DNA from: an uncultured Vicinamibacterales bacterium
GTDB lineage: Bacteria; Acidobacteriota; Vicinamibacteria; Vicinamibacterales; UBA8438
NCBI GenBank assembly: GCA_958295905.1
Contig: OY282382.1
Location: 4,582,910 to 4,646,909, forward strand
Length of the DNA: 64,000 nt
Direction of reading: 5' to 3'
A model generated the notes under the pieces. That model saw only the letters and a program-made list of their open reading frames with translations. It ran no database searches and was not told the origin of the DNA. Both the position numbers and the translations under genes were made by a program. Below are positions 25,559 to 34,262 of this stretch, piece by piece. Each line of letters begins with the position of its first letter. Within the stretch, counting starts at the first letter, position 1.

Positions 25559-25559
25559 C

Positions 25560-25810
25560 CTGATGGACGCGCTCGGGGCGGATGCCCCAGCCGACCAGCC
25601 ATGCGGGGAGGTTGCGCAGCCACGGCAGGGCGGGGCGATCCGGGCCGGCATCGGCGAGCCCGAGATCGTCGAGCATCTCGAGCGTGGAGGGATGCACGGT
25701 GTCCCCGCGAAACGCCCGGTCGAAGTCGTCCCTGGCCTCGATCAGGACCGTCGGCACACCCGCCGCGCGAAAAGCAGGGTGAGGACCGCACCCGCCGGTC
25801 CTCACCCCAC
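25560..25810 (-). pseudogene. FAD-dependent monooxygenase remnant (large internal deletion)
   Basis: AAGVPTVLIEARDDFDRAFRGDTVHPSTLEMLDDLGLAD is an N-terminal family signature. It is joined directly to a C-terminal-type tail (ALPWLRNLPAWLVGWGIRPERV). The GxGxxG motif is degenerate. Confidence 0.4.
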
Positions 25811-25882
25811 GATGCAACCCTTCGCCGGCGCACATCCGTCCAGCGCCGGACCCCGCCGTCCGTTCGTCCTTCACGACCCCGG

Positions 25883-26359
25883 TCAGCGGGTGCCCGTCGT
25901 CCACACTTCCCCGTAGGGGGAATCCTGTTCGCGCCGATCCAATGTGACGGGGAAGGCATCGCCGGACATCAAGACCTTGCGGCACGGCATCCCGGCCGCG
26001 CCCTTGACGCCCTTCGGCAGCCTCACACCCCACGTGCCGTCGTCAAGGCGAGCCGCCGTCACCGTCAGCGGCTCGTGGTTGCCCTCCGAGCTCGTGAAGG
26101 TGTCAGCGTAGCAGGACCACGCCTCGCGTTCTTGACGCAACGGGCCCATGAACTCCACGACATCGCCCTTGGCGACGCCCGCCGCCCGTTCCCGATCCAG
26201 GGGCCGGCGGCCGGTCACGATGACGTCAACGAATCGCGCGGGGTCCTCCACGGCCAGCCGGACCTTCACCAGCACGTATTTCGTCCCTCTCTTGGAAATC
26301 CTGACCTCCGCGTCCCCGACCGCGTAGCCTTTCCTGTTCAGGGTCGGTGTCCCGCCCAT
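25883..26359 (-). CDS. hypothetical protein (158 aa)
   Basis: GGAGG lies 6-7 nt upstream of ATG 26359, and the composition is coding-like (MGGTPTLNRKGYAVGDAEVRISKRGTKYVLVKVRLAVEDPARFVDVIVTG...). I recognise no family. Confidence 0.45.
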   Translation of the reverse strand: MGGTPTLNRKGYAVGDAEVRISKRGTKYVLVKVRLAVEDPARFVDVIVTGRRPLDRERAAGVAKGDVVEFMGPLRQEREAWSCYADTFTSSEGNHEPLTVTAARLDDGTWGVRLPKGVKGAAGMPCRKVLMSGDAFPVTLDRREQDSPYGEVWTTGTR

Positions 26360-26649
26360 GGTGCAACCTCCATCAGCCGAATCGGCCTCTCTGGCCGGCA
26401 CTTTACAACGGATTCCGTCCGCCGGTATCCAGGCTCTCGCTCCCGCATCCAGACGGGCGGCCAACGATTCCCGGACCTTCTGACAGCCAAATGGCGCGGG
26501 CCGGCGAGCGAGGGAGAGGAAGCCGCCACCGTGAACCACCCGGTGCGGTAGTAACCGCCCGCCGCGTCCGCTGCGCTCGCTACCAGTCGATCCGGCCGGG
26601 GTCGCCGGCGTAGACCGACCGGATGAACGCCAGGATCTTCCACACCTCG

Positions 26650-27067
26650 TCATCCTCCCTCGCAAGCCGACCACGCCAACACGAGCGCCGCCTCGGACAT
26701 CCCCGATGCAAGAGCCCTCTCCGCCTGTTCAGTCCGCTCAAGAACGTTTCCACGATCGAACGAGCGCGCGCCTTCCGGCGCGTCCAGCTTCTCCGGCTCC
26801 GCCACAAGCAGCAACTCGAAGCTCCATCCGGGTCTGGCGTCGACAGCCCGCGCCAACTCTCTGATTCTGGGATCCGCGGCCAGCGACGATCGAGACTTCA
26901 CCTCCACCACCTTTACTTCGTCGTCCCTCACTGACAACCAAGTCCGCACGAAAGCCCGGCAGGAAATCGAGCGGAGCCTCGAGGGCAACCTCGTAGCCCC
27001 TCCTCCGGTACTCCGCCGCCGCCTCGCGGGCCCGCAGGTACTCGGCATTGGATGCTTCGTCGATCAC
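26650..27067 (-). pseudogene. small PD-(D/E)xK-like nuclease, frameshifted
   Basis: ORFs 26738-27067 and 26650-27048 join as MIDEASNAEYLRAREAAAEYRRRGYEVALEAPLDFLPGFRADLVV / RDDEVKVVEVKSRSSLAADPRIRELARAVDARPGWSFELLLV. This gives a D...E-V-K nuclease-core pattern. The shift is near 26925, and the length is not a multiple of 3. Confidence 0.35.
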
Positions 27068-27349
27068 AACACCACCTCCCGGGTGACCGCCCCGGTCACC
27101 GCAATGTGGAGAACCGGTCGGGCGTCACGAAGGAAGTCCAGTAGAGTCGCCGACGGGTTCTCAATCAGCAGTTCTTCGCGCAGATTCCTCTTGCGGCAAA
27201 GCAGGTCGGACACCTGGAAATCGTCCGAATAGACGAGTCCCTTCAGTGCATCCAGGATTGGCTTGGGGAAGCGAAGAATCGTCGGCGTCCCGACGGTCTG
27301 CGCAAGACCCGCGTTCCGCTTCCGAATGCAGCTCGGTAATAGACGCCGC

Positions 27350-28912
27350 TCAGAGACGCTGGGCGCCGGGCCGCCCGTCCTCGACGAGGAACGAAGCGCG
27401 CGTGGCGATCGGGCTGCCCGGCCGGGTGACGTACTCCACGACCTCGTAGTCGGCCCGGCACCGCTCCGGGTTCACGTCGCAGCGCACGTAGCCGCGCTGG
27501 CCGTTGTAGAACCGGATCGACGGGTTCTCGGCGAGCAGCGCGGCGGTCGAGTCGCGGACGTCGACACCGTCGCCGCCAGAGCTGATCGAGGTGCCCACGA
27601 GCTCGGTCGCGACCACCGGCGCGGCGGGGTCCCGGTAGTCCACCTTGAGGTCCGTCACCCAGTTGCTGTGGATGTCGCCGGTCAGGACGACGGGGTTCGC
27701 GGGCCGGCGGGTCGCCAGGAACTCCATCAGCCGGCGCCGCGCGACCTCGTAGCCGGACCAAACATCCGCGGAATAGGACTCGCCGTCCCCCGGGGCGAAG
27801 TCGATCCGCGCCATCATGACCTGCTGCGGGATGACGTTCCAGCGGGCCGTCGAGCCGTCGAGCCCGTCCATCAGCCAGCGCTCCTGCCTCTCGCCGAGCA
27901 GGGTCGCGGCGGGGTCGTGGATGCCGTCGCAGTTGCCGCGCCGGTCGCCGCACGGCTGGTCGGTGCGGTACTGGCGCGTGTCGAGCACGTGGAACGAGGC
28001 GAGGTCGCCCCAGGCGAAGGCGCGGTAGAGCTGCAGGTCCGGGCCGTTCCGCAGGGACGACCGCCTCAGCGGCATGTGCTCGTAGTACGCCTGGTACGCG
28101 GCGGCGCGGCGCCGCAGGAACAGCTCGGCCGGCAGTCCCGACTCCTCCGACACCGCGTTCGCGTAGTTGTTGTCGACCTCGTGGTCGTCCCACGTCACGA
28201 CCCACGGGAACGCCGCGTGCGCCGCCTGCAGGTCCGGGTCGCTGCGGTAGAGGGCGTAGCGGTTGCGGTAGTCGTCGAGCAGCTCGATTTCGTCGCCGGT
28301 GTGCCTGCGTACCCGCCCCTCGCGTCCCTCGTACTCGTAGATGTAGTCGCCGAGGTGGAAGACGAGGTCGAGGTCGTCCTCGGCCATGTGGCGGTACGCG
28401 GTGTAGTACCCCTGCTCGTAGTGCTGGCACGAGGCGAACGCGAACCGCAGCCGGTCGGCGCCCGCACCGGCCGCGGGGAGCGTGCGGGTCCGGCCGACGG
28501 CGCTCTCGTCGGCGCCGCTGCGGAACCGGTACCAGTACCAGCGCCCCGGCTCCAGCCCCTCCACCTCGACGTGGACGCTGTGCCCGAGGATCGCGCGGCC
28601 AACGGCCGTGCCGCGTTGGACCACGTCAGCCATCCGCTCGTCCCGCGCGACCTCCCACACCACCTCCACGTCCTCCCGGGGCATGCCGCCGCCGTGCAGC
28701 GGATCCAGGGCGAGGCGGGTCCACAGCACGACGCCGTCCGGCGTCGGATCGCCGGACGCGACGCCGAGCGGAAAGAGCGACGGCTGAAAGAGAGTGCGGC
28801 CCGAGGTGCGGTGGGCGGCCCCGAGACCAAGCAGAGCCAGACCGCCGGTCAGCAGATCGCGGCGGTCCAACCGACGCCGCAGCAACGAGTCGAAACGAAC
28901 TTGATGGGTCAT
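27350..28912 (-). CDS. phoD: PhoD-family alkaline phosphatase (Tat-exported)
   Basis: It has a twin-arginine signal ([20 protein letters not shown]) and PhoD signatures ([56 protein letters not shown]). Confidence 0.85.
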   Translation of the reverse strand: MTHQVRFDSLLRRRLDRRDLLTGGLALLGLGAAHRTSGRTLFQPSLFPLGVASGDPTPDGVVLWTRLALDPLHGGGMPREDVEVVWEVARDERMADVVQRGTAVGRAILGHSVHVEVEGLEPGRWYWYRFRSGADESAVGRTRTLPAAGAGADRLRFAFASCQHYEQGYYTAYRHMAEDDLDLVFHLGDYIYEYEGREGRVRRHTGDEIELLDDYRNRYALYRSDPDLQAAHAAFPWVVTWDDHEVDNNYANAVSEESGLPAELFLRRRAAAYQAYYEHMPLRRSSLRNGPDLQLYRAFAWGDLASFHVLDTRQYRTDQPCGDRRGNCDGIHDPAATLLGERQERWLMDGLDGSTARWNVIPQQVMMARIDFAPGDGESYSADVWSGYEVARRRLMEFLATRRPANPVVLTGDIHSNWVTDLKVDYRDPAAPVVATELVGTSISSGGDGVDVRDSTAALLAENPSIRFYNGQRGYVRCDVNPERCRADYEVVEYVTRPGSPIATRASFLVEDGRPGAQRL

Positions 28913-29039
28913 CGCTTGTCCTCGGTTTCTCGACGGTCCGGGCCATGCCGCGGGTCGGCAAGGGTACGGCAACCGTCCCAACGGTCGCTCAATGACCGTG
29001 GTCTTGCGCCCGCGCGGCCTCCCCGCCCTGATCCCGGCC

Positions 29040-29639
29040 TCAGCCCACGGGGATGCGGATGACGACGCCGCCCATGGTGTCGCCCACCTCGAAGTCGTCG
29101 CGGGCGCTGTCCGGGTGCGCGTTGTGGCAGTTGACGCAGGCCTCCGCGACCGCCACGTCCGGGTAGACCGCCGTGAAGTAGTCCACCCCGCCGAGGGTCT
29201 CCGTTCCGTAGAACGGCTGTGACGGGTCGGCGGCGACCGCGTCGAGACCGGCCGCCTCCATCTCCGTCTTGGGCGCGTTCTGCGCGTTGACCGGCCACTT
29301 CGAGAGGAGCGCGTAGCGGAAGAGGTCCGTCTGCTCCGCCGCCAGCTCCGCCCCCATTCGGAACATCTGCGCCGGCAGGGGCAGGGCCCGGTCGTCCTGC
29401 CAGTGCTCGCTGGCCTCGATCACCTGCTCCTCGTCCTGCAGCCGGTTCACGACGTGGCGCGCGTAGACCGTGCGGTCCGACTCGATGACGGTGCGCAACG
29501 CGTCGGCCATCACCTGCGGGGAGATCCCGCCCGGCTCGTCCCCGCCCGCGCCCGAACCGCCTCCGCAGGCGGCGAGCACGGCCCCGAGGGCCACGGCGGC
29601 GATCGCCGGCGGGCGCCGATCGACAAGCAGCTTCATCAT
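29040..29639 (-). CDS. DUF3365-like lipoprotein with C-terminal CXXCH
   Basis: It has a lipobox (LAAC), then [14 protein letters not shown]...PLPAQMFR...[16 protein letters not shown]...[22 protein letters not shown]. Confidence 0.7.
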   Translation of the reverse strand: MMKLLVDRRPPAIAAVALGAVLAACGGGSGAGGDEPGGISPQVMADALRTVIESDRTVYARHVVNRLQDEEQVIEASEHWQDDRALPLPAQMFRMGAELAAEQTDLFRYALLSKWPVNAQNAPKTEMEAAGLDAVAADPSQPFYGTETLGGVDYFTAVYPDVAVAEACVNCHNAHPDSARDDFEVGDTMGGVVIRIPVG

Positions 29640-29666
29640 GACGGCCAGTTTACTCCCGGCGGGCCT

Positions 29667-29995
29667 CCGCACGTGAGCCGGGGCGCCGGCGAAGCCCGCG
29701 ACCCAGCCCCCAATGCCCGCGGCCCTTACGCAGCGAGCCGGAGCGCCGGGAATGCGATCGAACCTCGCCGGCTCGAGTAGGCCCCTTATCCGCACGCGAG
29801 CCGGGGCGCCGGCGAAGCCCGCGACCCAGCCCCCAATGCCCGCGGCCCTTACGCACGCGAGCCGGAGCGCCGGGAATGCGATCGAACCTCGCCGGCTCGA
29901 GTGGGGCCCCTTCCGCACACGCGCCGGGGCGGCCACGCCCGCCGCCATCATGAGCGGGGTCGTGCCGGCCCCTTCCGCACGCGAGCCGGGGCGCC
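29667..29995. repeat. ~123-bp tandem repeat (2 good units plus a degenerate third)
   Basis: Units start at 29667, 29790 and 29913. Each contains two copies of the submotif CC(T)T.CGCA..CGAGCCGG.GCGCCGG. It lies between the cytochrome stop and the DUF3365 start. Confidence 0.8.
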
Positions 29996-30071
29996 CTTTC
30001 GAGGCGCATCACGCGGGGCCGCGGCCGCACGCCGGTCCGACGCTTCCCCCCTGGCCCCGGGGCCATCGAAG

Positions 30072-31385
30072 TCACTCGCGGCGGGACCGCGCCATGTCGA
30101 TGCTCTCGACGTGGCGCGCGGGACGCCCCGCGAAGTTGCGCCGGATCAGCGCGGGATCGGCGAGCGCGTCGATCGAGAGGCGGAGCGAGTGGCAACGCAG
30201 GCAGACGCCGCGGATCATCTTCTCGTTGGGGCGCAGGTTCGCGTTCTGGTTGTGCTCGACGACGACGCCTTCCCCGCCGGCGACGCGGCGCGGCTCGCGC
30301 GGCAGATGGCACGAGGCGCAGCTCACCCCGCTGCCCGGCGGCCCCGCGCCGGACCGCTCGCGCGCCCACGCCCGGGCATGGGGCGAGTCGGCGTACGCGG
30401 CCGAGTGCTCGTCGTCGTGACACGTCAGGCAGCCGTCGACCGCCGCACGCCGCACGTCAACAGCGTGGGCATCGTGGCACGTCCCGCAGCCCAGGACCAG
30501 CGGCTGCGCGTCCTGACGCATCGGCAACCGCGCGTGCGCGGGCGACAGCGCATCCAGGCCGGCGGCCAGGCGCATGCCGTGACGGCCGGCGAGAAAGCCC
30601 TCCGGCTCGAGCTCGTGGCAGGCGGCGCAGGCCGACAGCGCCGGGTCGTCGGTCCACGCCGCGCCCGCGGGCCGGTGGCAATCGGCGCACGCCACGCCCG
30701 CCGCGGCGTGCGCAGAGCCGGCCCAGGCGTCGATCAGCGCCCGATCGCCGGCCGCCGCGGCCGGGGCGTCGGCATCGGCGGCGGTCAGCGGCGTCGGTTC
30801 AGCGGCCTCCCACGACACCCACGTCCCGCGCGGCGGCATCACGCCCGCGAACGTCTCCGGTCCGCTGTCGCCCTGCTCCACGAGGAAGTCCTCGTACAGC
30901 GCCCGGTTGTCGTGGTAGTTGTGGCACCCCGCCGACGCGCACGTGTCGATCGACAGCCCGCGGTGGGTCGGCCGGTCTTCGGCCACCGACTCGTGACACG
31001 GCGCGCAGAAGTCGGCGGGCAGCGTGACGCCCATCGCCGCGGTGATTTCGGGCCGGTGCTCGGTGTGGCAGGTGATGCACGCGCGCACGTCGATCCGATT
31101 CAGGTCGGCGGCGTTGCGCGGGTCGTCGAAGATCGACGCGGCGTGCGAATCGAGCGCGGCTTCCAGTTCGGCCGCGTGGCAATCCAGACAGGCCTCCTGC
31201 CGCACGCCCCCGAACGGCGTGTGGCAGCGCCCGCAGGCGATCTCGATCTGATGGTGGCCGTCCGTCAGCGGTCCGGGCTGGAAGACGCGGCGGTCAGCGC
31301 CCGGGCTGGCGAGGGTGAAGGCGAGCCCGCCGGCGAGACCGACGGTGGCCAGCAGCCAGACGAGCCTGAAAAAGGTGGAATGCAT
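30072..31385 (-). CDS. multihaem c-type cytochrome (10 CXXCH + 1 CX4CH)
   Basis: It has a signal/anchor (MHSTFFRLVWLLATVGLAGG). The haem motifs are CGRCH, CLDCH, CITCH, CAPCH, CASAGCH, CADCH, CAACH, CGTCH, CLTCH, CASCH and CLRCH. The N-terminus is homologous to the decahaem protein at 57139-58722 (GPL..H...C..CHTPFGGVR..AC..CH). Confidence 0.85.
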   Translation of the reverse strand: MHSTFFRLVWLLATVGLAGGLAFTLASPGADRRVFQPGPLTDGHHQIEIACGRCHTPFGGVRQEACLDCHAAELEAALDSHAASIFDDPRNAADLNRIDVRACITCHTEHRPEITAAMGVTLPADFCAPCHESVAEDRPTHRGLSIDTCASAGCHNYHDNRALYEDFLVEQGDSGPETFAGVMPPRGTWVSWEAAEPTPLTAADADAPAAAAGDRALIDAWAGSAHAAAGVACADCHRPAGAAWTDDPALSACAACHELEPEGFLAGRHGMRLAAGLDALSPAHARLPMRQDAQPLVLGCGTCHDAHAVDVRRAAVDGCLTCHDDEHSAAYADSPHARAWARERSGAGPPGSGVSCASCHLPREPRRVAGGEGVVVEHNQNANLRPNEKMIRGVCLRCHSLRLSIDALADPALIRRNFAGRPARHVESIDMARSRRE

Positions 31386-31531
31386 GGCGTCGGACCCGCG
31401 GCTTCGCGCCGGAGCGCACCGCCTCGAAACGCACCGCCTCGACAACGCATCGCGTCAGACGCTCGAGACCGCGATCGATAAAGGACTGGCCGGCGTCAGT
31501 CAGAGGAAGCGCAGCCGGCAGTTCGCTTTTT

Positions 31532-31752
31532 CCGGGAACACCGGACTCCGCAAACCAGTGCTCGTCACGTTCCAGGGCGTCAGACACCGGGAACACCGGA
31601 CTCCGCACCCCAGTGCTCGTCACATTCCAGGGCGTCAGACGCCGGAAACACCGGACACCGCAAACCAGTGCTCGTCACGTTCCAGGGCGTCGGACGCCGG
31701 GAACACCGGACTCCGCAACCCAAGTGCTCGTCAGGTTCACAGGGCGTCAGAA
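31532..31752. repeat. 4 x 55-bp tandem repeat in an intra-operon spacer
   Basis: CCGGGAACACCGGACTCCGCAAACCAGTGCTCGTCACGTTCCAGGGCGTCAGACA starts at 31532, 31587, 31642 and 31697. There are no unique spacers, so it is not CRISPR. Confidence 0.85.
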
Positions 31753-33750
31753 GAAATAGGCCGACAGGATGTGAATGACGAGCAGCGCCGGCAGCGGCCA
31801 GACCGCGAGCAGATGCAGCCACGAGGTCACGCGCGCATGCCGGTGCTCCAGCCCCACCGCGGCGGCGCTGCCGAGCGCCGCCGCGGCCAGGAACGTGACC
31901 AACAGGACGCGGTTGAAGCCCGACCCGATGCGCATGCCGGTATGCGCGACCAGCACCAGCAGGGCCAGCGCGCCGACCGCGCCGTGCGCCATCCGCCACG
32001 CCGCAAGACTCCCCCACCGCGCGCGCGGCCAGTGCTTCCGGACCGAGTACCCGAGGGTGCCGATCAGGGCGCAGGCGAGCGCGCCGTAGCCGGTGGCCTG
32101 CCGCCACCACCCGTCCCGGTACAGCACGTCCCAGACGAAGCTCCCGCGCAGGCGGGCGGCGAGCGGGAACGGGGTGCTTGCCGCTATCAGCAGCGCCAGC
32201 AGCGCCGCGGCGAGGGCGGCGAACAGCAGACCCTCCCGCCAACGGTGCCCCGCCGCGGCCGGGCCGCCGCCGGCGAGCTCGGCCAGCAGCGGCCGGCACG
32301 AGCCGCAGACGCGGGACGCGCCGGTGCGCTCGATCAGCTCGTCCACGGTGGCGCAGCCCGCGGCGCTGGCCGCGCTCAGCGCGCCGCGCGTGATCTCCAG
32401 GCAGTTGCACACCATCGCCGACGCCGGCCACTCCGCCACCGGGCGCCGCGCCGTCGGGTCCTCGAACGAGCCGGTCCGGAAGAACCGGTGGAGCACCCAC
32501 GGGGCGACGGCGCGTCCCCGGCGGATCAGGTCCTGCGTGAAGCCCAGCTCCGCCCACGGGCCGACGGCCGACGCCGCGACCATGCGGCGCCCGCGCATCG
32601 TGACCTGACGACAGGCGCCGTCGCCGCTCCACGTGACGCGCGTGCCCGGCTGCCCCTGGTCGCCCAGCGACCACACGTCGATGCCGATCAGCCGCAGCCG
32701 CACCGCCGGCGTGTAGCCGCGGAACCGACCGCGGCGGCCGGCGAGAGTCTCGGCCAAGGTCTCCGCCATGCGGAATCCCGGCACCGCGAGGCCGTAGACC
32801 ACGCCCGCGTGCGAGGCGCACTCGCCGATGGCGTGGATGGCCGGGTCGATGGTCCGCAACTCGTCGTCGACGACGATGCCGCCCGGTCCCGGCGCGACCT
32901 CCAGGCCGGCGTTCCGCGCCAACTCGTCCCGCGGACGCACGCCCGCGGCGATGACGACGACGCCGGCGTCGAGCGGCTCCGCCCCGCCGTCGATCGTCAG
33001 CGCGAGGCCGTCGCCCCGCGGCTCGATCCGCCGGACCCGGGCGCCGGTGATCGTGCGAACCCCCGTCTCGCGGACCCGCGCCTCGAGCCGCGCCGCCGCG
33101 TCCGCATCGAGCTGCCGGCTCATCAGGTGGGGCGCCGCCTCCACCAGGATCACGTCGAGGCCCAGCCGCCGCAGCGCGTCGGCCGCCTCCAGCCCGAGCA
33201 GGCCGCCGCCGAGCACGACGGCGCGGCGCACGCGCCCGGCCCGCCTGCGCAGGCGGAGAAGATCGTCGAGGGTGCGGTAGACGAACACACCGTCGTGGTC
33301 CGCCCCCTCGATGGGGGGGACGAACGGGGCCGAGCCGGTGGCCAGGACCAGGCGGTCGTAACCGATCTGCGCCCCGCCGGCCGCCCGAACGAGCCTCCGT
33401 TCGCGGTCGATGGAGGCCACCCGCATGCCGGTGACGACCCGAATGCCGAGCGCCTCCGCCCAGCCCGGGCGGGCGAGGGCAAGCCGATCGGGGTCACGGT
33501 GGTCGAGCCACTCGGTGAGCCGGACGCGGTCGTAGGCGGGATGCCGCTCCTCGCCGACCACGGTGACGTCGTAGCGCCACAACGCGTCGAGGGCCGCCAG
33601 CCGCTCGACGAGCTTGAACCCGACCATGCCGAAGCCGGCCACCACGAGGCGCGCCGGGGCTCGGCGGGGCGCGCAGGACACGGATGCGCGGGTGTCCTGC
33701 CGCCCTCCGGCGCCCTCGCCGGTCTCGTTGACAACTCGAGGCTTCACCAC
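31747..33750 (-). CDS. NirB-N-terminal-like FAD/NAD(P) oxidoreductase fused to a BFD-like [2Fe-2S] domain and a His-containing polytopic membrane domain
   Basis: Motifs are LVVAGFGMVG and VVLGGGLLGLE (two dinucleotide folds), IHAIGEC, and CNCLEITRG...VCGSCRP (BFD-like 2Fe-2S). About 5 TM helices follow, with WRMAHGAVGALALLVLVAHTG, ending HILSAYFF. The tail is homologous to the separate membrane protein at 58727-59554. Confidence 0.8.
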   Translation of the reverse strand: MVKPRVVNETGEGAGGRQDTRASVSCAPRRAPARLVVAGFGMVGFKLVERLAALDALWRYDVTVVGEERHPAYDRVRLTEWLDHRDPDRLALARPGWAEALGIRVVTGMRVASIDRERRLVRAAGGAQIGYDRLVLATGSAPFVPPIEGADHDGVFVYRTLDDLLRLRRRAGRVRRAVVLGGGLLGLEAADALRRLGLDVILVEAAPHLMSRQLDADAAARLEARVRETGVRTITGARVRRIEPRGDGLALTIDGGAEPLDAGVVVIAAGVRPRDELARNAGLEVAPGPGGIVVDDELRTIDPAIHAIGECASHAGVVYGLAVPGFRMAETLAETLAGRRGRFRGYTPAVRLRLIGIDVWSLGDQGQPGTRVTWSGDGACRQVTMRGRRMVAASAVGPWAELGFTQDLIRRGRAVAPWVLHRFFRTGSFEDPTARRPVAEWPASAMVCNCLEITRGALSAASAAGCATVDELIERTGASRVCGSCRPLLAELAGGGPAAAGHRWREGLLFAALAAALLALLIAASTPFPLAARLRGSFVWDVLYRDGWWRQATGYGALACALIGTLGYSVRKHWPRARWGSLAAWRMAHGAVGALALLVLVAHTGMRIGSGFNRVLLVTFLAAAALGSAAAVGLEHRHARVTSWLHLLAVWPLPALLVIHILSAYFF

Positions 33751-33753
33751 GGC

Positions 33754-33948
33754 TCACGGTCCGGACCGTCCGCTTTGGCCAAGGGTCAATCGCTGGCGGC
33801 ACCAGGCCGCCAATTCGGATTCCGCCACCGCACCCGCCGCAGTCGCTTCCATGATCCGGATGGCGTCGGTGACGTACCGATGCCCATTGCCTTCCGGGAA
33901 GAGGCGCGCCACCACCCGCGCGATACGCTTGTTTCCATCGACGACCCA
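33754..33948 (-). pseudogene. Doc/Fic-family toxin C-terminal fragment
   Basis: My translation is WVVDGNKRIARVVARLFPEGNGHRYVTDAIRIMEATAAGAVAESELAAWCRQRL... It contains the (F/V)xDGNKR core of the Fic/Doc motif. The N-terminal half is missing, and the fragment abuts the palindromic element at 33961. Confidence 0.45.
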
Positions 33949-33960
33949 TGATTCGGCGGC

Positions 33961-34012
33961 CCGGAGTCTGCGCCGTAGAACGGTGCGGACTCCTGGAGGG
34001 TTGGTTGGGCGG
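33961..34012. repeat. palindromic element built from two IS1182-like termini (copy 1)
   Basis: CCGGAGTCTGCGCCG-TAGAA-CGGTGCGGACTCCTGG is followed by AGGGTTGGTTGGGCGG. The arms resemble the IS1182 terminus GGAGTCTGCGCCGCAG. A second copy lies at 41358-41405. Confidence 0.6.
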
Positions 34013-34119
34013 CAATCGGAGCCGCCGACGACGATTTCCGGGCCAAGTCGGCGGCGTCGGGCGCACCGTCTGCGGCCAACCGGCGGAGCCGCGCGAGTGC
34101 GGCTTCGACAGCGCCGGAA

Positions 34120-34212
34120 TCACTTCGGCGTCTTCACCAGCCGCACCAGCCGCTTGCGCCGCCCGGCGTCGAACGCGGGCAGCCGGAAGGCGATGAAGCC
34201 AGCTTCCAGAAC
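34120..34212 (-). pseudogene. 30-codon fragment of a DUF4143-type ATPase
   Basis: VLEAGFIAFRLPAFDAGRRKRLVRLVKTPK* aligns with ILEASFIAFHLPAFSMKQRKRLVKMPK of the intact gene at 43507-44709. Confidence 0.45.
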
Positions 34213-34262
34213 GCATGACGCCAGGCCGATTCAAGTCTCATTTTGCGATTGGCCTTTTGGCG

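Noticed and set aside
22964-25651. Very long ORFs in the track opposite or overlapping well-supported genes. Examples are 22964-25651(-), 35968-38427(-), 36075-39026(+), 31315-33951(+), 55426-58290(+), 17732-20119(+), 8338-9987(+), 7616-9541(-), 11082-13019(-), 43724-45793(-) and 59569-61341(+).
   Set aside because: They are Arg/Pro/Gly/Ala-rich with low-complexity translations and no recognisable motifs. Each lies antisense to or out of frame with a gene that has clear family signatures. These are typical shadow ORFs of high-GC DNA.
27064-27339. A RusA-like Holliday-junction resolvase gene.
   Set aside because: Only a ...ILDALKGLVYSDDFQV... stretch is reminiscent. The upstream Asp-rich catalytic motif is not present, there is no start codon, and the frame runs into the phoD 3' end. 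I kept it only as a possible remnant in a finding.
31532-31752. The tandem arrays (31532-31752, 29667-29995, 40288-40555, 49985-50366, 12487-12698) considered as CRISPR arrays.
   Set aside because: The units abut each other with no unique spacers. Unit lengths (39-123 bp) and the lack of any cas gene in the window do not fit CRISPR.
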